Translations under genes and position numbers: made by a program
From: Nymphaea colorata
Taxonomy: Eukaryota
Assembly (NCBI RefSeq): GCF_008831285.2
Contig: NC_045138.2
Location: forward strand, 17,670,001-17,734,000
Direction of reading: 5' to 3'
DNA: 64,000 nt
The notes under the pieces: generated by a model
What the model was told of the DNA's origin: nothing
What the model saw: only the letters and a program-made list of their open reading frames with translations
Database searches by the model: none
Part shown: piece after piece, positions 1 to 12,685 of the stretch
Numbering within the stretch: the first letter of the stretch is position 1
How the letters are laid out: the number at the start of each line of letters is the position of its first letter

Positions 1-157
1 CCCCAAGTGAATTAGGTTTTGGTCACTGGTGAAGAAGACCCATTAAAGGGCGTTATTTTTAATTCACAAACACATACTTATCACATCCATGTTTGAATAA
101 TGGCTTCCACAAAAAGCAAGACTTAATGGAGTCTTATCATTTCCTGCCTAGAAAGCT

Positions 158-160
<3 letters not shown>

Positions 161-249
<89 letters not shown>
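161..249. repeat. (GA)44 microsatellite
   Basis: Uninterrupted GA dinucleotide run; source of the SLSLSL shadow ORFs. Confidence 0.98.
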
Positions 250-252
<3 letters not shown>

Positions 253-1082
253 ATAAAATGGAAAATATATAACAAAATTGGGGGACAAGAAGTCTCCTAG
301 ATACAAAAGCAAACCGCAAAAACAAAAGCAAAAAGATGAAAATATACAATACAATGCACAGTGAAATAAGAAAGGTAGAGAGAGAGAGAGAGGGTATTTA
401 GGTGAGAAACGAAAGTCATGCTACCTAAAGCAAATCGTGTCCTTTTTCTAGAATCTAACTCTTTACAGATATGATCTTAAGGATGACTTGATAGGAAACA
501 TATATTAAGACAATCATTTTAGGTTTCAAAATTGAAAGGCTAATGACTCTTTACACTGAGAATTTGGTAGTAGAAAAATCAATATTTCAATGAGGTACCT
601 TACCTTAAGTCATGTTTTCTGAGCAATTATAAATATGTTGGCATGTTGAACTTCTGCTCTAGAATATTTTTCTCCGTTCTAGAGTCAAGTCGTCAACGGA
701 TGAAGTTCGCAAGTCTTTCTCAGTTTAGCAAACACGCTATTGATTGGTGACCCATGACCATTGTCATCTTTCTTCTTCTTATTCTTCCTCCTGAGAAAGA
801 GAAGGATGACTCTCTTGGTCGTCACCTACTGCACTTGATAACCCTCTTCTGGCCATGCCGATCCTTCTTCGTGCCTTTCTCGCTCAACTTTCACTAAATC
901 ATTGCACCAAGTTGATCACCAGCACCATACTTTTCTCCGTAGAAACCTATTTGTTTAAGGGGAACCATCGAATAGCTTTGCCACTTAAGGGCTCATGTCA
1001 AAAACGCTTGAAAGAAGAAGGTATTAAATAAAATGAGCAGTAGGGTAATGGCTTCAGTTTGAACATCATTTAAAGAGGAAAC

Positions 1083-1240
1083 AAATATTTTTCTCTCCAT
1101 TATTCTATGCTTAGTGTTGGGTGAATAGGATAAGTATTTCATCCTACCACCCAACAAAAGAGCCGAAATATTCTTTTCTCCATTATTACATGCTTCACGT
1201 TCGGTGAGCAGAAATATTTCACCCTACCATCCATCAAGAG
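1083..1240. repeat. Diverged ~84-bp tandem duplication
   Basis: aaatatt..ttctccattatt..atgctt..ggtga..tatttca.cctacca.cca occurs at ~1083 and again at ~1167. Confidence 0.7.
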
Positions 1241-2033
1241 GGCCTATGCTCCCACCATCTATCAACTTACGTATCGATACTTCTTTTTGCAGCATAGAAA
1301 ATTGATGCCTCGAAAATTTGAAATAAAAACTAACTGCCTACCGGCCCCTGTTGCACCCACCTCTCAAAGACCATTATTCGATCACAGGAAAGAACTTTTT
1401 TTTCTTTTCAATCTACTAATCAAACCAAAAGCAAACATTAAAACTATGGCAATGGCGCAATGGAAGAAAAGAGAGAAATTTAGCAAGTGCTGTCCAAATT
1501 AAAACGGTGGCAGACTTGCTTTGAGAAAATGCAAGTTTAGTTGATGTTCCCTGCATAGCTTCATTATCTACAATCCATCTTCTGTTGGCCCTTGGGAAGT
1601 TTAACGAGGATCTTTTCGTTTTTATTTTCTATTTTAACAACATTTACGTCTTGTTGCCCACGGGAAAGCTCAAACGGCGCAAGGAAATGAGATATATGGC
1701 AGGTTTAGTTTGAGTGATGCGGATGATGAAGACCCCATCTTCGAGTTTGTGGACAAATTCAATTTAGCCAAGTTGGACTCCACCAGCCAATTCATGCGAA
1801 ATACCAACTAAAATAAGATAGAACAACAAGGACTTTAATTCAAAGTTCTACACTACGAGAAGGAGAGTGGCTTCTCAGACTTGAGGGGATAAAAAGTCAT
1901 CTGTGTTCTAATCGGTTTCATGAATTAGTTGGTTCAAAGGAATTTACAGTTTTTTTTTTGTCCTTTTGGTTACCTTTTTCATCTTTTAACACAATTTTTT
2001 AATACCAATCAGGTTTACTTTCTAACTTCAAAT

Positions 2034-2306
2034 TCCAGTTGGCCATCAGACCCGGTACCCCACAAGTACCCAGTACCCGGCCCAATCGAGCCCAAGTTCA
2101 TGCCCAAAAAAACTGGCCCAACGAGGCCCGATATCGATTTAATAATATTTTGATTTTAATAATTTATTTTATTTTAAATATATTTTATTTAAAAATTATT
2201 TTTTTATTTTAACCAGGCCCAGGGCCGAGTTTCAAGTTGCCGGGCTCGGGTTTTGGGCTGTAGGCCGGCCCGAACCCAACTCTTATTGGGCCGATGACTA
2301 GGCTTA
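2034..2306. mobile_element. Non-autonomous hAT-like DNA transposon (MITE-sized)
   Basis: Identical 8-bp flanking repeat CTTCAAAT at 2026-2033 and 2307-2314; degenerate TIRs (TCCAGTTGGCCATC / reverse complement TAAGCCTAGTCATC); GGCCC/CCCG-rich subterminal arms around an AT-rich core. Confidence 0.75.
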
Positions 2307-2590
2307 CTTCAAATTCAGAAATTTACTTTCTCAAAATTTGCACATTTTTTGGCAAGAAAAGTTCCTGATCAGGCTTTGGCAACATTCCTAAACCATGTTG
2401 TCCATTCCATTCCGATCATGGTTAAGTTCCAGATATCCATAACATCTAAACAAGGTTGTGGCTTTCTACTTTTCCCAGACCTCCCAATTATACAAGAGTT
2501 TGCTACTGCACTTCAGAAATTTCATTTTGTTCCGAGTACACACACTTCAGAATTTTCATTTTGTTGTGAGTACAGAAACAACTATCTAAG

Positions 2591-5500
2591 TCAAGAATCC
2601 ACAATTGGAAGCCAATCCAAGGTTTCGCCTGCAAACATGGGAATGATAGTCCCCGAAGCAAATTCGTATGAATCCGGAACTTTCCATGGTTTTTTACGCA
2701 GAGTGATAAAGGAGGTATTTCTGGGTAGACCGTAGAATTCAGGGCCATTAAAGCTTGTGAATGCCTCCAGTTTGTCCAAAGCGCCAGCCTGAAAAGAAAA
2801 CCAAACGTTACTGAATTAAAACATGTCTATAAACTTACAAAGTCTACACAAAGCACCTTTACAATCACATTTACAATTTTAAATGTGAATATGCAAGAAT
2901 CAAGTTCTTGCATGAAAGAGAATAAAAAAAAATACCAAAACTGGAGACACAATCTTAAAATGAAATAAAAGGGCGTCCAGTTTTCATCCATTTTCTACTA
3001 AACAAGGTACAGCTACAAGCAGGTCAGAAGCAAGGCCCTGCTGACTCCTTACTGAAGACAATTGTTTCAGGAAGCGATTGATGTATTTTGCCCACCAAAG
3101 ATAGAAACCAATAGAGTTTTAATTTTCTACTTCCAGGTTTGAGGCACATGACCTCCTCTAAAACTAGGCGTACCTTGCAAAGAATATGAAGTTGATCATA
3201 ATCAACACTTTTAACGATTTTAAAAGAAGAAATTTCTTTGGTAATCCACCAAGCTGCAAAGTAGCATTTTGCAGAAAAAGTTCAAGCATTATAAGAAAAT
3301 TGAACTTCTGCTTGGGTTTCAGAGTTTTCAGTATCAACATCACAAAATCATGTGATGGTGAGAAGGTTGCTACCAAATGATGACATAATAAAGGTTAAAT
3401 TGAAAAGGAAGATGGAGCATCTACAATTTTGATGTCCCTAGAGAAGAGCAACAAATAGTGTATCCTTGTAATATACTTAAATTGAGCTTGGTTGGAGTTA
3501 AACTAGCATTTTTTGAATGCTAGCGTATTGAAATTTGGTCAGCCCAGTAACACTTGCAAACATCACTCAAAAGAACACATGGGAGGCATCCACCTATCGA
3601 TGCATTCACCAAGGCCAAAAAAAAAGTGTTATTCCTCCACCAATATTGACAGTGGACAAGTATTAACCTTGTTCCCTCCAAATCAAACATTGGACAAGTC
3701 TCAACTTTGTTCACTTAGACAAGACCACTCTTGTTTCTTTTCTAGCCAACCTTTAATTATACGCTTGTTCCTGCCATCAAACGACGTCCATAGTATCATT
3801 GTTCTTGTGTTTGTGATATTTACATGCTCAATGTACAAATACCGAGAGGTTGTTGTTTAACTTTGTTTGCACATAACCCAGCTAGTCTAAGAAGCTCCTA
3901 GCACAACCCCCACTGCCTACTAGAAAGCCAATCTATTTATCATTAAGGCAATGGAACCACACATCAGATATCAAAGGCCACATCCTTCAAAAAGACACAC
4001 ACACACACAGGGAGAGAGAGAGAGAGACCTCTTCAAAAACCTTAGCATAGAGTGCCAAGGCAACTGGTGCATTGTATATGCCTGCACACCCGCAAGGACA
4101 TTCCTTCTTTTGTCTTTCGTGAGGTGCACTATCAGTTCCCAGGAAAAACCTCTTGCTTCCACTTGTGACAGCTGCAACTATAGCTTGTCCTAAACAAATG
4201 CAAAAAAAATATTAACATTGCAACAGATATTCATTTTACCGTAGCACAATAGCAGCCTCCATGAGCTTATGCAATAACTATATAACCTTCACCTTTAGAT
4301 GCAAATATATATAGAAGATTCAACATAGGCATTCCAATTATATCATGCAAACATAATTGTTTTCTTTAACATAAAAGCTTATGTTTGTGTATCATCATTT
4401 TAGCATACCTAGTGGAAAACAATTCAGAGAATGAAGCTAATATTTCAACCTTTGCATCATCATTTCCAGCCAATTAGTGCGCATGTTCATTTTTCACCTT
4501 GTTTCCTTGGTTTCTGTTCTGACTACATGGATATGTTTAACTTTTAAGCAGATCTTTCAAGAAATAAGAAGTTGACGAGTCCAAATTTCTAAATGACAAA
4601 CATAACATGATCCCCTTGTTACTAGTTCTTCGGTAGAAGTTGATTTTCATATGCTCCAACACTTATTCCTCAGTCCAATGCAGGAGTAGCCTCCATCTTT
4701 TTCTTTAGGCATGCTCTAGAAGACTGAAAATATAATACAATGAGACAAGATCAGCCCATTTTGTATAGACATACTAGGGCACTAGGCCAGGAGAAAGCAG
4801 CTGACTTTCCTGCAGAACCAAAAAAAGAGTACCCTTTCAAGGCGATGTTTTTGCTGTGTAGTATTTATTGGCATATGGCCAATGTCTAGCAGATTCATTG
4901 CACTGCATATTTTTGTTCATACTCCAAATGCTTGTCCAATTTCAGTAAATTATAAGGAACCAACACAAACATAACTGTAGTTAGATCATTTTGGATCTTC
5001 CTGAGCGACTCCATGAAGGAGCCATGAACTACAATTTTCCATCACTACTTGATCCAGCCCTATCCAACATTATCTCAGTAAGAACTTCCATATGTTAAAC
5101 TAAACAGACCGACAACCTGATCTGGATCTATCATGTGTATCATTTAAACGTAAGGTCACAAAATGAAGGGGAAAAGTTTTTCAATGTTACTTCAAGCTTA
5201 GCAATCACAGCTTTCCAAAGTGGATGAGTTTCATTAATATAAAGTCACTCTTTCACAGGAAAAATTACGCCATGGAAGCTGTTGCATTGTCCTTTGTCCC
5301 TCTCGTGGGTTTTTCAAGAGATCAGAAAACATCCGGAACACTGTCAACTTCTTCTTGATTCAATAGGAGTCCTGATCACAATCTTCCACATATAGGTACC
5401 CATTACATCCTTATTGCAATATAAGCAGACATGCATGTGCTGGTCTAACTGAAACAGATAGAGAATTCAGGAGCACATACTGTGGATCTCCCTTTTCAAA

Positions 5501-8500
5501 ACTGGGAGGCAATAATTATGTGGTTGCAGTCCCCCTTTAAATAATGCATTTCGATTGAGAAGAAGATGTTGCGGTGTCACAGTTGCAGCAACAAACCCTA
5601 ATGAAGGAAAAGATTAAAATAAGGTAAACACTTCGAAAGAAGTTTCAATGGTAAATATACCTTCTGCACATGATTCAACAAATTTGACAGCATCAAGTGT
5701 AGTAACATGCTCCATTACAACCTTTAATCGTGGAAGCTGTTGAACTAATGGTCTCAATGTGGAATCAATAAAGACCTTCTCTCGATCAAAAACATCAACT
5801 TCAGGATCTGTAACCTCTCCATGAACCTGTTGATTTCCATCAATGAAGCTCCATCAGTGTAATCTCCAAATTGATGTATACAATTAATAAAAGCGTACAA
5901 AAAGCTATCCTTCAATTGGCCAGAATGAGTTTCAGACAGTTATCTCTTGTGGATGCACTTAGTGTTGACACGTTGCCATGTACTCTTTCCTTTTTAATCC
6001 ATAATGCACGACAATATCATATTACCAAACTAGAAGCATCCTAGCAAACAGCAAAAGCGAACAATCCCACAAGGTGAGTCTAACCAACTATCACTGAACT
6101 ATAGAAACTTCACATGGTTTGTTGGAATTTAGCTAATTCTGATTTTACAGTGGCTGCTGCTCGTTCTACCATAATTAAAAGAGATCATTATAGTCATAGA
6201 AATCTAAGCAAAATAAGGGGTTATGAAAATAGTAATAGCATGTGTCCTCATAAATTTTCTCAAGCCAGATTTATTCCATGTGCTTTAGAATCAAGATTTA
6301 AAATAATTAGATTTAGTACAAGAATAGATAAATATTTTTTGTCACAGGATGCTTCAAAAGTCTCATGACAAAAAATTAATGTAATGGAAAAAAGGAGTAA
6401 AATTCTGAACGAAAAAATGACAATCAAATCAGAAACATTTTTATCCAGATAATCAGACTGGGAACCAGACGACCTCTCAACTTTCATTCAGACCACAATT
6501 CTCCACCTCCCCCTTTCTCTTTGATGTCCTTAACCTTGGATATCAAATTATTGAAATCTTGCAGCAATAACTATCCTAGTAGAAAAACCAGATGAACATG
6601 AATGTGGAAGACTTGATAACATTCGGACCACAACACTTGAGATGATAATTCACCAAACAGATGTGTCCCCAGAACAAAATCCCTTTTTTTACTGCTGCAC
6701 ATTGTAGACCATCATGGACAAGACAAAGAAGATGAAAAGGAGAAATGAAATCCAAGTTCTTTAGTTACCAATAATGGCATATTTTGCTCAACCATCTCTT
6801 CAAGGACAGGTAGGCATCTCCCAAATAAATCCGTAACACCATCTTGTGAATTTGTAGTGGCTCCAGCTGGATATAACTTCACAGCATAAACCACCCCACT
6901 CCTCCCTGCATTCTGATAATATGAGTTAAACTAGACAAATGAAAAGGAGATCCAAGCAAGAAGTAATAGCCCACATCAAAACTAACCATTAAACTCTAAG
7001 TTGTTTTTTTTTTTCCTTCTTCTGAGGGAAAATGTTATTTGAACAATTGAGCACATAGCCATATAAGCTATTGACCTTGAACAGCCAAAAAAGGGATGAC
7101 AAATGCTAAATAGTTCACATGGATGACAAGAAAACATTTCACCATTTTCTAGAATATTCACCCCAAAAAGGACACTTCATGATCTTAAAATTATCAGCAA
7201 AGGAGGTAAATAGAAAAAAGACATTTTCGAAAAAATTATGATCTCCACTCAGTCCTCAAAGGTCCTCCTTGATCTACTTTCTCTCTCATCATTTCATACA
7301 AATCTGTCTAGTTACATTGTGTCAGTGTGCACAAACAAAAGTTGCAATAACAAAAACATTGGGTACTCTTTATGATAACTCTCAAATATGACCAATGTCT
7401 GATGTCCTTTAGGTAGAAAGAAGGACTTAACATAGTTGAGATAATAGGTGCAAATGTTCCATGAGATAATATGTGCCATGGTTATAGTTGGTCATATGAT
7501 TGCACACCTATAAGCAAAGATATGTGGCTAAGAGACCGGAATTAATTCCCAGGGGCAGAATCTGCTTGTGCATCAGATTGGGATGCATTTTGAGCATCAA
7601 TTTCTGACAACTTACAAGGACTTCAAGGAGCATTTTAGAGGATATATTAGGTGTTATATTTCCAACGATTATATTTAAATTTAACCAAGCTAATAGAGAT
7701 ATTATTTGTTTAGCTGCTATCATCAGATAAAGATAGCAGTATCGCCCATTGCGTTTTTCATATCAGGAAGAGGGGCGAAAAAATAATAGTTTGTCCAGCT
7801 CAATAGATTGAAAGTCTGATATTCTTTAACAGAAACCAAAAAAGAAAACGGAAAGCAAAAAGGAGCACATGTGCCAATAGGGTTTCAAGATTGAACAAAA
7901 AATATGCATTTCATATTTAGTGAATTATTTCTAATTTGCAAGTCTATATAACAACTAATTGAAGTTGGTACACTCACTAGCAGCTTTGATCTCTTTAGGA
8001 CTTGTATTATCTGTCAAGTACAAAGTCATCAGTGGATCAAAGTAGCTTTTTGGCGGCAGTGCTTTTAAAATCTCTTCCCGATAAGCTACAGCAGCTGCTG
8101 TTGTTGTAATTGGTGGCCTCAAGTTCGGCATCACGATTGCTCTTCCAAAATGCTTCGCACTGTCCCCAAAAAAAAAGGAACAAAAGTGTATAGTAACTTC
8201 CAGAACTAAATTCCCAGATTTTTCCGAAAGGAAGAGGGCATGATGCAACTCAGTCCCGTTCAAATCCCGAATACCACCTCCCAACAAGACTCGAAATTTC
8301 AACTGCCCACAAGGTTTGGTGACTCATAAATCCTAGGAATTATCCATCAAAGTTGCAGAAAAGAATACATCACTTATCTGTCCAAAAGAAACGAAGAGGA
8401 ATTTCAACAGTCGCATTTGGTTTCCGATCATTCTCATCATTGCCGACCTCCATGGAATTATTTTTACTCCCTAATTTAGTTTGACAACTTTAATCCTATA

Positions 8501-8827
8501 CAATTAAATGAAGATCATCCCAAGACCAGTTATGCTTCATCCCACCATCACCAACCTCGAGAACAGTTTCTACTGGAACCCACAAGAGGGAACCAAATTC
8601 GGGTCTTCCTCACATTCGGTTGAGCTAATTCAATCCTAAAACGTCGGATAAACATGAAGAATCAAGTGCCAGATTGACAAATTGAAAAATATCCTTTTTA
8701 ACAAAATAACTAGAAGAAGAAGGTAGTGTTCTCTGATTTCATACCTCTGGGAAACGACAGACTGAAGGATATCCCCATCTCGGAGATGAAGATGCCAATC
8801 GTCTGGTCTTACCAATGAGAGCTCCAT
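2591..8827 (-). CDS. PYR4: Dihydroorotase (homodimeric PyrC type; de novo pyrimidine synthesis), 347 aa
   Basis: complement(join(2591..2788,4029..4189,5481..5597,5661..5826,6769..6905,7978..8159,8745..8827)) = 1044 nt, all introns GT-AG, phases consistent. Motifs: [73 protein letters not shown]. Upstream UTR exons are unresolved. Confidence 0.96.
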
Positions 8828-11800
8828 CTTCCCTTTTTGGCTCGGCTGCTAAAAAGAAAACACAGAGAGAGAGAGGGAGAGAGAGAGAGAGAATACCATG
8901 TTCAAACTTCAATCTGCATTTTATATACAAAAAACCTTGTATTGACATAAGCATGTGCCATAATTCTTAGATTACAGTGTACTACATTTATTCGTTGTGC
9001 CGGAAAATGGTGCCAACGAAAAACGGAAAAAGGGTCATGGAGAAAGAAAGATCAGAGAGAGAGAGAGAGAGCAGTGAGAATGGGATAAAGGTGTACAAAA
9101 GGCATATACTCTCTCAGAAGAGGATAGCTCCACTGGAAATGAAAGCCCACGAAGATGGTTTTGCTCGACGGCAGATGGTAGCTATGGATCCTCAGATACA
9201 GACATTTAACGAGGGTTCGGGGGTTCCCACAATAAGAACCGCAGGTATTGGCGAACGAGTCGGCAGGGAGTGAGGCGACCTGGATTGAGATCCGATACTC
9301 ATATGCAATTCACAATGTTCACAACCAGCAGCAACTGACAGCGTCATGACCTCAAGAGCAAAGATACCACTAACAAATATGAACCCAAGATACTGCATGT
9401 TCAGCTCGTCCAAAATAGCATAAACCACATCCACGTCGAACAAGTGACGGCTCCAGTTTTCTTGATAAATTTCATTTTTTTAGCTTTCCTTTTGGGAGGC
9501 ATTCAGGTGGCACCATCAAAAAATTGGTTCTTTGAAAACCAAGTTTTATGAAAACTTTAACACAGGTGGCAAGACAAGAACCTGGGTTTTTTTGTTTTGG
9601 ATGAGAAAAGTTAGTTTTTAAGGGCCGTTTGATAGATTGAAAACCTGGAGTTGAAAAAATATTTTTAAAATAAGTTTTTTGAAATAAAAGAATGAAAAAA
9701 ATCTTTTTAGATTCTTCGTGTTTGTGATGATTGAGAAATAAATTTCCAGAAAAAATGCCTTTTAGTTTAATAATAAGAAAACATATTTCAAAAAAATTGA
9801 AAACAAAATTGTTTCTAGAAACTAAAGCAATTATTCTTTGAGCAATGTTCAACTTAAGGGACTCAAAAACAGAGATTCCAATTTCCGAATGATTTCTGTT
9901 TAGAATCCATCTGAATAACATTACCTTTCACTTGACTGACTCAATATATGGGCGTGAAAGTGGTGAGAACTGATTCGTCGACCCAACCCGTTTTATATCT
10001 CGAGGTCCGAAGTTTGTAGATGATCCTCCGACTCTTAAAAGTTAAAAGGGCCCTGCCTGGAAAACCGATGGAGGAGGAAGGCGCTTCCCGGGTTTTGCAG
10101 GAATGGCTGCTGTTGCTGCTGCTATTATTGAATTTTTTTCTGCAGCTACAGTGGATTTCCTGGCAATCAAACGTGGCCCCAAAGCCTAGTTGATAGAAGG
10201 AAAACTTGAATCCATGTTCTAACACTGTTGTATTACAGTTGATATCTGTACAACACCCATATTCTTCTGCACAGAGATACCAGTGCCACTACCGACAAGC
10301 AACCTGGGTTTAACAAATGGATGTCTAGCAAGCATTCTAATTATCATTGCTCCCAAATTTGTTACCCACAAAAGAACCAGAAATAATGATGCTATTTGTT
10401 CATCCTACAAGTGAAATCATACAGTTCGAAGGCAGGAAGCATCTAACACTTTACATCCTACTCCTTATGAATGATCAATTGCATACGAACATATCCAGTA
10501 AATTAATCCAAGATTCTAAATAATAGCCATATCCAGTCATGTTCATAAATTTGCTTAGAGGGATGACATGATGTACAAAAAGTCTGAAGGCAGAAAACAC
10601 TGCTAAACAATCCCACTTAGAATGAAAACGAGGCAATGTTGTCATTGGTGTATCGAATCGTGTATCAGCAAGGCCGACCTATATGTCATATCATGATATA
10701 ATGTATCAAACATTAATGATTCAACATTCATAAACTATAGGCATTTACATTAGCAACAAATTCAGAAAATGAAAATTGAGACTAAGATATTCAAAATAAC
10801 AAATCAAAACATCCATGATCCATCACAAGTTTAAAGTGCATCTACCACATGAGAGCTTAGACTTTAGAGTGTTGTAGAGTTTAGTAAACTGTAGTTCATC
10901 AAATCGATTGTTTCTTCTTCAAATCAACGACTTTTTGGAGAAACCGGCTAAATCTCTCCCTCTCACATTCTTCAAAAAAGTTCAGAGAGAGATAACAGGT
11001 TATAGTCTTTTCTAACATTTTATGATGGAAGTTCACATATCATTGAGGTTTCCAGAAAAGATAGCTGACTTTCATTCGGTAACCGCTAATACTTCATCAG
11101 GACAGAATCTAATGCTTATAGAAAGGAGCACCAGTTTTTCCTGTTCTGTATTTGTGCAAAATAACTAAAATCATCATGGACAGGAAAACACTCATTGAAC
11201 ATTCTGGCACACTTGTAACTCAAAAGCTACAACATTAACAGCAGATGCATTTTCACAGCAGTTGCCTGCGTCAAGCGGAATCTCCTCAAGAACGAACCAC
11301 GAGACAAGTTATGTAGCTTTTTTCCCTCTGCCATTAAGGTCTAAGGCTGTTGTACATGAAAGTTCAAACATGAATCAAATTAGAGATTGGTTTTTTCATG
11401 CATGATTGCATCAAGTCCCTCAGTTACTTTATTTGAGTTATGGCTCGAGCAAATTATTTGTTAAAGCCTTACGTTAAAATGTTCCAATCGCATTCCAATC
11501 ACCATTGTAGGTAGAATGCCTTACCACCCAAGTAGCCTACCTCCAATATGAGCTTAAATTTTCGCCAATTAATACCCTAAAATGAAGAGACTCTGCCGAG
11601 ATAATGTAATGATAAAACATTATTTCATAAACCCATAGTTAATAAGGTCTATTTCGGTAGTAGTGGCTAATATAGGGATCCACATTTCATCGACATAAAA
11701 TAGGGGTAATTTGATTAGTTTATAAAACTTCAATTTTTGGATTTTTCTTTTGTTTTTACTAAGTCCAAAGAAAAGAAGAAGGAGCTTCCGCTCTCATTCA

Positions 11801-12265
11801 AACAGTAGAATAACCCTCTTGCTGATCGAAACACATAGTGTTAGTATTTGCCAAATCCCAATATAAGTGAAAAGAAGAACGATTCAATTTTTTTAGATAT
11901 AATTTTTTTATATAACTAAAATTTACAAATTTGTCATTAACCGCCTTGGCGTTAGCAATGATTTGTGGTGGAAAGAGTGATGAATTATAGTTATTTCAGC
12001 AATAATTCTTTAAAAAGTGAAGTTAATTTTTGAATTTTAACTATTTGACATTGGACAACATCGGCTTTTCCGTGGATTTAAAATCAAACTGGACTGACAT
12101 AATTGAAACGAAGGTTCGATGTGTATATTTTTATAATGTTTTTTTTTTCAGATTATTAAATAATCGATTATTAAATTTTAGGAAATTGCAAAAAGACCAC
12201 GACGAATTTCTGATTTTATAACGAACCGGCGGACGATGCCCTTGTCATTCAACGTGCAAGCTAAA

Positions 12266-12282
12266 CCAATAGTCCTATAAAT
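12266..12282 (+). promoter_or_regulatory. Putative RPL6 core promoter (CCAAT + TATA)
   Basis: CCAAT at 12266 and TATAAAT at 12276-12282, ~85 bp upstream of the RPL6 ATG. Confidence 0.5.
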
Positions 12283-12361
12283 TCAGACGGGCCAGACTGC
12301 TCTCATTTTAGGTCATCAGAATTTCACAGGCTGAAGGGGAAGAGCGGCGGGAGGAGGAGTG

Positions 12362-12618
12362 ATGGCGGCACCGAAGAAGGCGAGAGCGAGCAGGAACAAG
12401 GATCTCATAAAAGGCATCGGGAGGCTGTCGAGGTCGAAGGTGTACCACAAAAGAGGTCTATGGGCGGTCAAGGCCAAGAATGGAGGAGCTTTCCCCACCC
12501 ACAAGCCGTCGCAGCCGCCAGTGGAGGCCAAGGCCGCCGAGAAGCCGCCGAAGTACTATCCCGCCGATGATGTCCCCAAGCCCATTCCCCGCAGCCGCAA
12601 GCCCAAGCCCGCTAAGCT

Positions 12619-12685
<67 letters not shown>

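Noticed and set aside
137..354. SLSLSL, IYIYIY and ERERER ORFs here and elsewhere
   Set aside because: Translations of microsatellites.
5598..5660. 63-nt (3n) dihydroorotase intron as a possible retained in-frame segment
   Set aside because: It contains an in-frame TAA, so it is just a short ordinary intron.
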